Assembly (NCBI GenBank): GCA_963709405.1 | Contig: CAVPXM010000030.1 | Span: 128,001 to 192,000, forward strand | Length of the DNA stretch: 64,000 bases | From: an uncultured Nitrososphaerales archaeon | GTDB taxonomy: Archaea > Thermoproteota > Nitrososphaeria > Nitrososphaerales > Nitrososphaeraceae | Reading direction: 5' to 3' | Shown here: in pieces, positions 45,396 to 56,763 of the stretch | Position numbering within the stretch: position 1 is the stretch's first letter | Layout of the letters: each line of letters begins with the position of its first letter | Program-made: the position numbers and the translations under genes | The notes under the pieces: model-generated | The model's input: only the letters and a program-made list of their open reading frames with translations | Database searches by the model: none | What the model was told of the DNA's origin: nothing

Positions 45396-47633
45396 ATTTC
45401 CTGGTACTTTTTATTTGCCGTTATTAATGGTTACTCACGGAAAGGCGGTGGGGGTAATTAAGATTTAGCAGCAGAAATGGGCAAGAATATCGATAAGATC
45501 TAGCGTCACCTCATCTGTCCCAATAACATGATAGAAGAGATTCAAAGCTAAACTTTTTTATTTCACACTTTCTTAACAATGAAATCCCCTTCTGATTTAG
45601 CTCCAGTCAAGCTGGTCATTTAATGATGCTAAATCATATTCATTAAAAAATACAGAACTCTTCTCAGGCAAGGTATTATTTTCGAATAGATTATTTAACA
45701 ATGGAAGTGAATAGAAGTGATGGACAAAATTGCGAATTCCTAGAGTTTTTCTTCCATCCCTATAATTATTACCACAATCGCATCTATTACCGCCACCACA
45801 GTTTCGTGGATTCCATCCCATCGATTGATACAAGCCCGAAAAGATGTTATTTTTTCGCTTCAAGTCCGCACATGATACCAAGATTACATCAAATCTCTCG
45901 CTGCTTCACAGAAGATCGGATCTGTCTGTACTGGTTAGAACCAGAGAAGGCAATCTAACGGTATTTCCTCCCCTCAAAGGAAATGATAGCTATCGAATAT
46001 TCTCAACATCCGGGCATAAGAAGTCTCATGTGTCCTCGCGAAATAAATGGAAAGGCTTAGATTAATAACAAGTACAGTAAGGACACCGATGGTAAGATCG
46101 CATTTGTAGCAGTGACATTTACGACGGTCGCTTATGATATCTCCTTTTATCGCTTTTATGGCAGCATACAAAGAAATGCCCCCTGGAGTAAAGATTACCA
46201 GTGATGTTAACAGCATTGTAATATCATTGGTAATTACTTTGTAAAGTGAATATGATTATTATGACAAACTAATTTTATGGCTACAGCTTTAGCTAACTCA
46301 TAGCAAAATGACCAGAGATACTTTACATAATGAACTTATCGTGCCATTTACATAACTGTTAACCTATTAAGAAGCAAGGCCTAATGTCTAGTAGATTATA
46401 AGACAACGCTATTAACAAGACGTCCAGTATCTATTAAGGCGGTAATTGCAACCTATGAACTGCAATGCAAAAAGGGTCCAGTAGGCGTGCTTGGAATTTT
46501 CGCTGAAGATGTGTTACCTAATAGCAGATTCGATAGGTTCTGCTCTTACAAGATATCGGAACGCCAGATTAGTCACTATAAAATTAGTATCATAAAATTA
46601 GCGGTTATCACCTCTCCTCCCAATAGCTTCGAGTCATTCTCGAATAAGCCATATTTCGGATGAATATCATGATATTACTTGATGTTGACCTATGAAATAA
46701 TAGAGATATAGATAAGTCTAACAATGTTATGAAATATTATCCTGATTTTCGGATTAGATCGTGTACTCTCTAAGCGAGTCCATATGCAATCGCTGTAGAA
46801 TATTTGATATATAGTGGTAGGACTTGACGGATTTGACGACGATATTGACTATCTATTTGACGGTTTTGGATACACAAATCCTTCCGGTTAGTTTGTAGCG
46901 TAATTCTTATAGCTTCCTTTTTCATTCATTATCAAGCGATGCCGGCAAACAAGTCATGGCATGTTTATAACGAATCCTTGGTTGAACGAGGGCGAGTTCT
47001 AATTGATGTAAGGTTCCTCAAATCAGCTAATGATGAAATAAAGACGATGAACAAAGGCAAGGTTTGAGCACCGTTTCAAGATTCTTATAGTTATATAGAA
47101 TTTGTTTCTTCTTGATAGTTGGCTTTAAGATTCTATATGCTAGGTGAAGACCTGCTTTCGAATAAGTTCTCTCCACAGAAAGTAGAAGATAGACGAAAAG
47201 TCATGCTTTACAAACAGTTCATGAATCTGTAGAATAACAATAATATCTATATTGATCCCACATATAAGAGCTCATCCGATTTTTAAGCAGAGCGCTTCTG
47301 GCACTCAGCGTCTCCATGGATAGACTGACTAATCTTTTCACATAATGAATTAAAGGTCATCTGAGTCATAGATAGGAAGAAATTACCGCATTCTTGCACA
47401 TTATAAGCAGATTGAAAAGTTCGACTTTAACGCTAAAATTCAGGACCGTAAATGACGGGAATGTTGCCGAGGAAGAGAAGGTAGCAGCAGATGCGAAGAT
47501 GCGTTTCAACAATATTGAAAGATTCTGACAGGCGGATTATGAGTGCAAGCGATACGATTGTGCAGTCAGAACCTCATTCGAAGGTTAATCTAGCAAAAGA
47601 GTAATCGAGTCGTCATTCAATTTTAGAGACAAT

Positions 47634-48536
47634 ATGCGAATACTGCATGTATGGGACCAGGCCGGCGTTGCATGCGTAATGGCAAAATATCAAAGATTGC
47701 AAGGGCACGATTCTAATGTGATCAGGATTAGTGGCGTTGACAAATACGGCATTAACGATTTCTATCGAGATTTTGTTTCCTTTGTTCCTATCGAAGAATT
47801 TGTACACAGTTGTATAGAAAAAGCGGAATCTGTAGATGTGATTCACGTCCACAGCATGACTGATATTCTCATTAAGCTTCGAAAGAAATTTGGTAGGTCA
47901 AAAAAGATCATTCTTCATTACCACGGAACAGACATCCGTGGATTATGTGAACCTGATGAAAAAAACTTCCACCCAATACAGTTTATTGAATTCCATATTT
48001 CTGAGACCCAAAGAGAGTAGCTAGAGCAATCCTTAGAAACAGAATACATTTAAAGGCACAAAGGCTGGCAGATGCAGTGATTGTCTCAACTCCGGATTCT
48101 GCGACGTGTTGCAAAATGCACATATCTTCCAAATCCGGTCGACACTGACTATTTTAAAGCAGACACAATTTATGGAAAGAAGAGGGGGGCCATAACTTTA
48201 AACACTGAGGTAACGGACACACAATGGACGCTAGACTATTGTAAAAAGAATAACATTATCTTCGAGATTGAAGTCTACGACAGAACTCAGATTCCCATTA
48301 TGTATGCTGACATGCCGGACTTTTTGAAACAATACTCGGTATACGTTGATATCAGACGTGTCAACGGAACAGTTTTAGAAAATCTAAGTAAGACGGCATT
48401 GGAAGCACTGGCATGTGGGCTGAAAGTTTTGGATTACAAACTTGAATATCAGGAAGGTCTTCCTGTGGAGCATAACCCTAAGAAGGTAGTTTCCAGGCTT
48501 GCAAGTATTTATTCGAAAAAGAAGCCTGATTTATAA
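47634..48536 (+). CDS. Glycosyltransferase (family C), frameshifted
   Basis: 'MRILHVWDQAGVA', 'HYHGTDIRG', 'LPNPVDTDYF', 'SKTALEALACG'. Confidence 0.78.
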
Positions 48537-48798
48537 GGTCACATCCTTTTTGACTTGTGCCTTTCTTGATATCACCTATCTTGCTTATGCCTCAGTGAAG
48601 TCGGTAAAGTCCTGACTGAATTTTGAATTCTGGCTTTGTCTTATGTCAGGGGTTGAAACGCTACCACAAGATTAGCACCGCCATAGACACACTAGTTCCT
48701 CCTGAGTTTATAGCGTAGCGAATAATTGTAGTTTTTGAGTAGCGACAGCCGATCTCTGTAGGCTCCTTCATCATTCCTCGCAAAAATCTCGATATCTA

Positions 48799-48987
48799 TT
48801 GATTGATTTCTGCAAAGCATACTGTGGCAGCAGTGTAACGCCGCGTGACACTGTGCTAGACAAGAAGAAAAATACATTGAAGTTTACGATAACAACAAAT
48901 CATCCGACGATGTATGCAGACACGCCGGACTTTTTGAAAGGATACACACTATATATGGATAACAGATTTATCACTGTCTGGTTATAG
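48799..48987 (+). pseudogene. Short remnant of a family C glycosyltransferase copy
   Basis: 'MYADTPDFLKGYTLYMD' vs 'MYADMPDFLKQYSVYVD' in 48081-48536. Confidence 0.6.
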
Positions 48988-49611
48988 TTGAATTCTCCAA
49001 TAGGATTGTCTTGTAGCGTAACTTAAGATTGTTCTATATTCTTTCTGTAAGGTTGAGCCAGAGACGTAGCCTCGTCTGCCTCTAACTTATCTGTCATATT
49101 CAAATCGGAATTTTCAGACATTTATCCTCACGAAAATAACAGTTCGGGATTCAAATAGGATTATGCCCATTATTCGTTCCGTCGCCAACCATTGCGCACC
49201 AACACGCCAAATCGATTATTTATACTAGATTACAGCAAGTCATAGGTCAAAAACATGGCCCGTAAATACCCTAGAATTGCCGGCACGAATATCGAGCTCG
49301 AAGATTATTGATCTATATATTTTGAAGCTGACTCAGACTCGAAGATCGGTTCAAGGCTGTTCGAAACGCTATTACTTTGCGCACGAGGTCGGCGGGCCTA
49401 GCCACTAGGATAGGCTTTTTTTGCAACTCAAAGTAGACGCATCTCGAGATTTTTCGTTGGATTCAACACCTTTGTACAGGTACAAAAAAACAGGCATTAC
49501 AGCGACACTTTACAATATGATTTGTCTTTCCTGTAGGCACGGAGCATTTGTAGAATCTCTACCAAAAAATTCCCGAATGTTATTTCTGTATCATTCGAAC
49601 TGAGAATTGAT

Positions 49612-50744
49612 TTAACATAGCTGATATGCTGTCAATATATTTTTCTCATAATTTTCCCAAATCAAATGTTGATGGGCATATTCAAATATTTTTAGCCTCT
49701 TCTGGTAGAGCTCCTCTAGATTGTCTCTGAATACTCTAATTGTGAGGCAAGGTCATGATAGTCTTCAAAGGTAGCACAATTATCTTTCAATGTTTGTATG
49801 TACGGTTCTAAATGAAGAAGTGCACATGATAAGAAGGCCTGAATGTGCATATTCATACGCTTTGTTAGGACTCACGAATGTGTGGGAAATGTGTTTTTTC
49901 CATGGTATTAATCCGATCGAATGTTTGAACATTTCTCTGAACATTGCTTCTCTTGACAGAAGCCCTGCGTAATTGACGTTTTCAGACGATTTCCCTTGAC
50001 TACCAATTAATGTCAAATAACCGATGTTGCGACGCATAAATAGATCAGTGAGACCCTCTATGTCTCGATTTATTTGTTTTTTCTGCGCCTCGATACCTGC
50101 ATAACGCGATGACAACTTGGTATGGATGCATGGCCGATCAAAATCTTTTACTTCATGTTTCATTGGAAAATTCGGAACTACAAACACTCTGTCAGAATTC
50201 CCTATGACCCTAATTCTTCAGCAATTTTATCAGATACCGTGATCGTCGGAGAAGATGGAAATAAGCTCTTTTTCCCATTTTGTCCATAATCGTATGGCAT
50301 AACGCTTTAGAAAATTTCTCGCAACTCTTCTAATCGTATTCCTTGGTAAACTGGGCAGCAACAGGTTTTGTTTCCTTATCGTCTCCCTGGGCCAGGATCT
50401 TTGAAAATTCTGACCAAAATTCATGATCATCATATATATATGGTAGCCCAAATTCAGATATTTATCTTTGCTGAAAAAATATTATGAGCATGGACTATGT
50501 CAGGCCTAACTTCTCTTATCACTTTCCCAACTTGCTTTTTAACAGAATGCCAGTAAAAAGGAAATCCTCGCCTTGATCTTTCTGTCCACTCAATCTCATA
50601 TTTTCCAGAAAAAGTGTTTGTGTGATAGGTTTTTGAATTTCGTCCTGCAAATACAACATCGTGGCCTACCTTTAACGCTGTAATCGCTGATTTTTCGATT
50701 CTCCAATCAGGTAATCTGTCGTCGGACAAGTGCAAGATTTTCAA
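49612..50744 (-). CDS. Glycosyltransferase (family A paralog), several frameshifts
   Basis: 'KILHLSDDRLPDWRIEKSA', 'PDIVHAHNIF', 'SPNKAYEYAHSGL'. Confidence 0.8.
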
Positions 50745-51499
50745 TTCTGGGGATAGTTTTGATCCCCTTGTAAAATAAAAACCCACTTTTTTAATTAATG
50801 CCTATACGGGCTTGCGACCTTGTCTCATTATTATCTGGCCTACCCGACATCCTAATATCTGTCAGCAGTTCAGGGATGAGTCGCATCTCATTTGAAAATT
50901 CCTTTAAAAGAGAACTATATCATCAATTAGGTTTTAGTCAAGTCCATTATAACATTTTGAATAATTGTAAAAATATAGACAAACTCGTGACCGGTCCCCA
51001 ACTAATTATTTTCGAAATTCATTGATAGGACTATCTTAAGATAACAAAGTGCTAATGCGGATAAAATTCTCAATCACTCTTTTGTGCTTAAAAAAGCGTT
51101 ATTTTGTACTCGCATGGAGACAGAATTAATAGATGCAATTGCACGGACAAACAGTGAGGAATTTTGGTATCAATGCTTGCAGTCTAATGTAGTCGAGGGT
51201 TGCAAAATATGTGATTATAGACTTGATAAGCATAAGATGAAAAACATTAAAGTACGATAGTTTTGAAATACTGCTCAGGAGAACATATACTTAATATGAA
51301 ACTCAATTCGGATTTCGGCGAAGATGCCGGGATGAAATTTAACCTCGAAAATCATAGCATGAAATTGAAAAAAGTAGGCAAGCAATATTATCAAACCAGT
51401 TAATAAAGCCCTTTTAGACCATAAATGGATAGTTACTATGTTTGGACGCACTGCTGACTGCGTATGTCAAAGAGAATGGTCGGACATTAAAGTTAGAAT

Positions 51500-51580
51500 T
51501 TGATCCGATTGACAACATCCTTGCCGTGCATAAGGCCGATTGAATGAAAATGGATATAGAATGTGCAAAGGTGCCTTGAA
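51500..51580 (+). pseudogene. Possible FkbM-type methyltransferase remnant
   Basis: 'IDNILAVHKAD*MKMDIECAK' resembles the K-x-D-x-E-G-x-E motif; short, interrupted match. Confidence 0.35.
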
Positions 51581-51810
51581 GTCTTGCTTACCTACACAAT
51601 CTGTTTAAATACAGAAATAATTGGTGAAGCTCGGAACCAAGTTATAGGTTCGAAATCTCAATATGCACAAGCCAATGAATAGTAGCATTGTCCCCTCATT
51701 ATTTTCGGCATCTTGTGTCGCCATTAACTCATTTTAGGTATGTCACAGACAGAAAACCAAAGTAGTAAAGTTCGTTGACACATAAGAAGAAAGACTAAAA
51801 AAGATACATG

Positions 51811-52050
51811 TCACGAGTTCGTGACATTAAAGTGCCAGTCACTATTAGTGACTGGTAAAATTGGGCTCCTATTTAAAAATGGTGATCGAGGTATCAATCC
51901 TTTAACAGCTTCAATCTTAGCAGTATGAGTATCTGTGAGGATATTTGCGCCCTTTTTCACAGTTTCGACCCTTCCGGTATTTTTTCTTAGGGTTATACAT
52001 GGAATCCCTAGTAGATAAGACTCCTTTTGTATTCCTCCTGAATCTGCCAA
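51811..52050 (-). pseudogene. wecB: C-terminal fragment of UDP-GlcNAc 2-epimerase
   Basis: 'DSGGIQKESYLLGIPCITLRKNT.RVETV..GAN' signature. Confidence 0.85.
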
Positions 52051-52588
52051 GTACTCTGATTATGTCACACTTACCAGTCTCCTGCAACGAATCTAATATC
52101 GCCGAATAAACATCATCATGCCCATACATTTTATAATAAGGATAATGGGCTATTCTGACTCTCCCTTCACGTTTATTTTCTGCCCGCGCTACCAACTCGT
52201 CGATATACACTGGACTAGGAAGCCACGTTCCATTAGGGGCATATTGTAACAAGTCAGGAGTCGAGACGATACAAAAATCATCATCATGCTTCCCCCTAAG
52301 ATCGTCACCGTGATAATGCTTGATGTATATCTTTCCACGTTTTCGTTTTTCTAAACCCACTCTTAACGAGCCGTACGGATAATGATAATGCCATATATCA
52401 TATTCTTGCAACCTTCTAAATACTTTCCACCTTGAAAAAGGGGATTTGTAATTTATCATAATTCCACCAAACTGATGATAGATCTTTGTGTTGAATACAT
52501 AAACATCCGACAAATGTCCTTGTAATGTTTGCACCCGGGAAAGAGCAGAGCCGATACCTGAGGTATTGTTTATATGCGCAATTTTCAT
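52050..52588 (-). pseudogene. N-terminal half of glycosyltransferase family B paralog fused to the wecB fragment
   Basis: 'MKIAHINNTSGIG', 'WHYHYPYGSL', 'HYHGDDLRG'; homology to 44379-45395 stops at 'KCDIIRVL'. Confidence 0.82.
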
Positions 52589-52709
52589 GTCCGTGGTAAC
52601 TAGTAAAGTGACATAATAGATAATGAACCTATTGAGATCGCAGGAATAAAACGTAGTATAGAAATAACTAGTTGAAAAACCAGTAAATTCCTAAATTTCA
52701 GAATTTTTA

Positions 52710-53622
52710 TCAACGTGCATCTTGTATTTTTTCTCAAGAATCTGATACTTTTGTAAGTCGACAAGTCTATTGAATTCATCGAACGTAGTCATCATCTTTC
52801 TGTGTTTTACTGTCGTTACCTTTCCTTTTTAACTCTGTAAAGACTTCATTAACTGCGTAAGTAGCTCGGATATAATCCTGATAATGGGAAAACGGCAATT
52901 CTATATCCAATATCAAGGAGTCGTTTTGCGTTCATATTCGGTGTGATTCCATCTTCGATTATGTTTGCGACCAATGGCGCGTCAATTTCGTTAGTAACTT
53001 TCTTTAATTCTGCAACTGATCTTGGAGCTTCTATAAAAATCACGTCTGCACCAACCTCTCGGTATGCTCTTCCGCGTCTTATAGCTCTCATCCAATCCTA
53101 GCGGTGCTCTCGAATCTGTTCTCGCAACTACAATGAACTCTTTGCTCTTCCTTGCTTCCAGAGGCCTCCTCTCAACTTCGAGATATAATCTTCCATTCCG
53201 ATAACATCTTTACCTTGCATATGTCCGCATCTTTTTGGCCAGATTTGATCTTCTATAAAGATACCGGCCGCGCCTATCGATTCTAAATCGCGAACGATTT
53301 TCCAAACGGTTAACGGATTGCCATAGCCTGTGTCTATATCGACTATAACTGGCGAATCCACAGATCGAATAATTCGAGTTGCATTCTCTATCGTTTCGCC
53401 AGCATTTAAGAAGCCGTAGTCTGGCATTCCAAGCAGCGAAGCAGCAGAACCGTATCCGGTCTGAAACATAGCATCAAATCCAACATTCTCCGCTATTTTT
53501 GCAGTCAATGCATCAAAAACTCCTGGAAGAACGAGAATATTCTTCTTGTCCTCAATCTTTTCTCTTAAAGATTTATTATTTTTCTGCTTCCTCAATTGCT
53601 TTTGTCTAAAAGGAGATTGCAA
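52710..53622 (-). CDS. prpB: 2-methylisocitrate lyase (ICL/PEPM family), several frameshifts
   Basis: 'DIDTGYG', 'IEDQIWPKRCGHM', 'ARTDS', 'GADVIFIEAP'. Confidence 0.85.
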
Positions 53623-54204
53623 TTATTAAAGGATCTGTTTCGATGGATCTTCAATATGACTTTTCGATATATTTGAGAAATACTCAATTCTAGCCTTATG
53701 TTTATTATTTGGACTTACAATGCTATTCCAATTTCTTAATTTTCTGAACTGCTCTTATGAATAATGATGTTTGAACATCCACTCCTCAACAAGATATTGC
53801 TGCTATTCATATTTCTTGATTATTAATTATATATCAAAAGTATTCCCCTCAACTTGCGATATTTTTAATTGCCATTTTTGAATATGACTATAACTCAATT
53901 AAAGCCTGTACTTCAAGATTAGACTACTATGTCTCCTATCCGTGAAATTTTGATATTTATCCAAGCGAATATGCTCCCCAGGACATAGCAAAATGCCTTT
54001 GCCCAATCGCGTATTGATTGGAGCGGCTGTAGGGAATAATGAGAATTGAACGTCCTAATGGCAACGATATCAATACCTGACAATGATTGGTCACCAATAT
54101 GGGATTACCTACAAGACACAAATATGGCATCACAGAAATAACTATTGGGTAACGCAAAGAAGATTTGTATGTTTTTTTGCTAGGGTTGCTTAGGAAACTG
54201 TTAT

Positions 54205-54450
54205 ATGAATATGAGTAAAAGAAAGGGCATACAAAAATTGCAAGACGACGATGGTCACTTGTCCAGATTAAAAAAGAATGCTCTTGACCAGAAGGAACCT
54301 GTTGTAGTAAAAACCATTATTGATACTATTGCAGCATTTGGGAGGGAGGGAATAGAACCTATACTAGAAATTCTGAGGCAGTCGACAGATAAGTCAGTGA
54401 AAATACACGGAAGTGAAGTAATTAGACGAATAAAGATGCTAAATCCTTAA
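54205..54450 (+). CDS. Small HEAT-repeat-like helical protein
   Basis: 'VVKTIIDTIAAFGREGIEPILEIL...VKIHGSEVIRRI'. Confidence 0.55.
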   Translation: MNMSKRKGIQKLQDDDGHLSRLKKNALDQKEPVVVKTIIDTIAAFGREGIEPILEILRQSTDKSVKIHGSEVIRRIKMLNP

Positions 54451-54640
54451 TTTTATGATTCAATTTCCCCTATGACGCAGATTGTATCGACCTCCACTAT
54501 TAATTGAAACAGTAATAGAGTAAGTGTCTCGATTGTATTTTTAACCCGATTCGAGCCGCTGCTTTCTAACCCATATATTGCCAAACACTAATCGGTCGAT
54601 CACATTGTTGGGAAGGAATCGGTTTATGTGATATAAAACC

Positions 54641-54707
54641 CCCTAGTTGTAACACGATCACCCTAGACGCAACACATTACGAGAACTCCCGGCTTCGCAA
54701 CAGCACT
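54641..54707 (-). mobile_element. Orphan terminal end of a second, related IS6-like element
   Basis: Revcomp AGTGCTGTTGCGAAGCCGGG..GTTGCGTCTAGGG..GTTACAACTAGGG with boxes at positions 7/35/55; abuts TTCTAAGG. Confidence 0.75.
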
Positions 54708-54829
54708 TTCTAAGGAGTCCTGCTGCAATATCGGGCTCTATTCACTAGCGTTGCATTCGGGTGCTAAGTGTTGCACGACGGGAGCTTATTAATTTATAAA
54801 TAGTCTTCTATAACATTATACGAGAAGTA

Positions 54830-55294
54830 TTGTCGGATGATTAGAAGAAGCAAAGAGACTTGCTACTAATTATTTAGAGGCTCAGTTAAAAATGGCTGAA
54901 AAGCTTTTATTGTTAGATGATTCTGATATCCAGAAGTTCAACAAGTGGTACAAGAGTTTCCCCTATGGACGTCATTGCCTGCTAGATTACTTGAGTTAAA
55001 TAATAGGAGAAATAAAACCAAGCAATAAATATCATTTAATTTCATATTGAAGTTATTGAGCAAGCCTGAAGCACCGCCATTTGATTTATTAACACTATAT
55101 AAAAACTTGGAGAGTCTTGGGAGGATTTTATCATTCAAACTAATGCGGTCATGATGACCAATTATGATGCATGGTTCGACTCAACTTGTAAATACCTTTG
55201 CGATTTCCTTAAACCTCAGGTTCGAGCATGGCTTGAGGCAAATTCTAGGCAGTTAGTAGAAAAGAAAAGTCAGAGAACTGCTCCACTTCAGTAA
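54830..55294 (+). pseudogene. Frameshifted passenger ORF inside the IS
   Basis: Protein-like runs 'LEEAKRLATNYLEAQLKMAEKLLLLDD..KFNKWYKSFPYG' and 'YDAWFDSTCKYLCDFLKPQVRAWLEAN'; TTTATAAA upstream. Confidence 0.5.
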
Positions 55295-55535
55295 GTAATT
55301 ATTTGGAATAAGAGATGCGAATGCAGCGTATGGTATGTCCAGCGCTGAAGCGAAATATTGGAAAAAAATAGGCATTGCAACAGGCTACAACTGGTGAGCA
55401 TTGCCCTAGTGGCAGTGGGAGCCATAGTAGCCTACCTCAAACTAGCGAACAGTTGCGACTGCTAATAACAGTCAAGTAGTCCACCTAAGACAACCCTCAT
55501 TTTTTCAGCCATAATAATGTGTCGAGTCGTCAGCT

Positions 55536-56462
55536 TTAAACATTTTGCTTCTTAATCCAGCAACTCTCCTTCCCGTAAGAAAACCACGAAAAGCCATGCT
55601 CTATTAATATCTCGTTAATATCTCTCCAGTCTTTCTTATTCATCCAGTCTTTAGGTTTGATTTCGATGCTATCATCTTTACGAATTATATCTAGTTTATT
55701 AACTCTAATACCTAATTCGAAAATGAACGGCTCCACTTTCCCTTTAACCGCCGCCTGTCTCATTAGGCTTTCCACTTTGTTATGACCTAAATGCAGTTCT
55801 AACCCTGCTTTTTCTGCGGGTGTCTGCTTCTTTAATGCCTGATGAGGTCTAATGAAATTATGATGAATACGCATGGCATCGACTAGTTCCTGTGTGGGAT
55901 TTGCTTTGTCCAATCCATGCATGACGCTTTCTCTATCCCTTACGGTTTCATTCAGCCATTCGACCTTCGAGTTTAATCCCTGATGTCCTGAGCCTATGCT
56001 TCTGACGTTTTGGATCTTCGGATTCTTTAGAGTAAAAAGTTCTTTATTAAACGCATCGTCATAGGCTGGTAGTCCATCATGAATTAGAGCTGAAGGTAAG
56101 GGTGCGCGCCGTTTCATCTCCTTAAATAGCGCTACACCTGATTTGGTGTCACGTTTCTGGCTTATCCTAGAGCATATCCAGAATCTAGTAGTAGAATCCA
56201 TTAGATTCCATAGCCATGAATAGTGATTATCGAACTGTCTGTTAGGGTGGTTCTCTGGATTGCTTAGCATCATCTTAGATTCATTATTTTCCTTACGGAC
56301 ATGTAGCATCATTTCGTCTACCTGATAAACACCTCCGACCTGTGGCACCAAACTGTCCACATATGGCTTAACTGTATTACTGAACTTACGTAACCATCTA
56401 CAGATAGAAGAGCAATTAATTCTAAAGTCGTAGAACTGTTTCAGAAGGTCTGCTATTTTACG
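55536..56462 (-). CDS. IS6-family DDE transposase, N-terminally truncated, with extra C-terminal domain
   Basis: HTH 'RKIADLLKQFY..INCSSICRWL', D 'YQVDE', D 'IHDGLPAY', E 'NSKVEWLN', 'HHNFIRPHQAL..QTPAE'; in-frame TAG just before RKIAD. Confidence 0.88.
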   Translation of the reverse strand, partial: RKIADLLKQFYDFRINCSSICRWLRKFSNTVKPYVDSLVPQVGGVYQVDEMMLHVRKENNESKMMLSNPENHPNRQFDNHYSWLWNLMDSTTRFWICSRISQKRDTKSGVALFKEMKRRAPLPSALIHDGLPAYDDAFNKELFTLKNPKIQNVRSIGSGHQGLNSKVEWLNETVRDRESVMHGLDKANPTQELVDAMRIHHNFIRPHQALKKQTPAEKAGLELHLGHNKVESLMRQAAVKGKVEPFIFELGIRVNKLDIIRKDDSIEIKPKDWMNKKDWRDINEILIEHGFSWFSYGKESCWIKKQNV

Positions 56463-56505
56463 CTACGGCCAAATGGTTTATAATGAAAGTTTACAAATTC
56501 TTCAA

Positions 56506-56763
56506 TTATCGTATTTCTATGTATGAGTAGTCTTTCTTCACATCTGTTCCGCGCTTCATTTCTTTTCTCGAATTTGTAACTAAAAAACCTGTCAGTACTT
56601 CCGAAATTATGAGTCCCAGTAGTAGAAGATTTGGAACGGTTCCCTCCTTCTGTCCGAAAATTAGGCCTAATTGAGCCCCAAATAGCACGACTACGAGTAT
56701 CGTCACAAGTATACCTATGGAAATTATTGTACCAAGGATGTGACGCCGTGTGAACCGTATCAT
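56506..56763 (-). CDS. Two-TM passenger protein inside the IS
   Basis: 85 aa with two hydrophobic helices; TATA-like TTTATTAA/TTTATA upstream. Confidence 0.55.
   Translation of the reverse strand: MIRFTRRHILGTIISIGILVTILVVVLFGAQLGLIFGQKEGTVPNLLLLGLIISEVLTGFLVTNSRKEMKRGTDVKKDYSYIEIR

Noticed and set aside
49169-49195. Minus-strand 'AMVGDGTN' resembling the P-type ATPase hinge motif
   Set aside because: Only ~8 residues, with no supporting flanking homology
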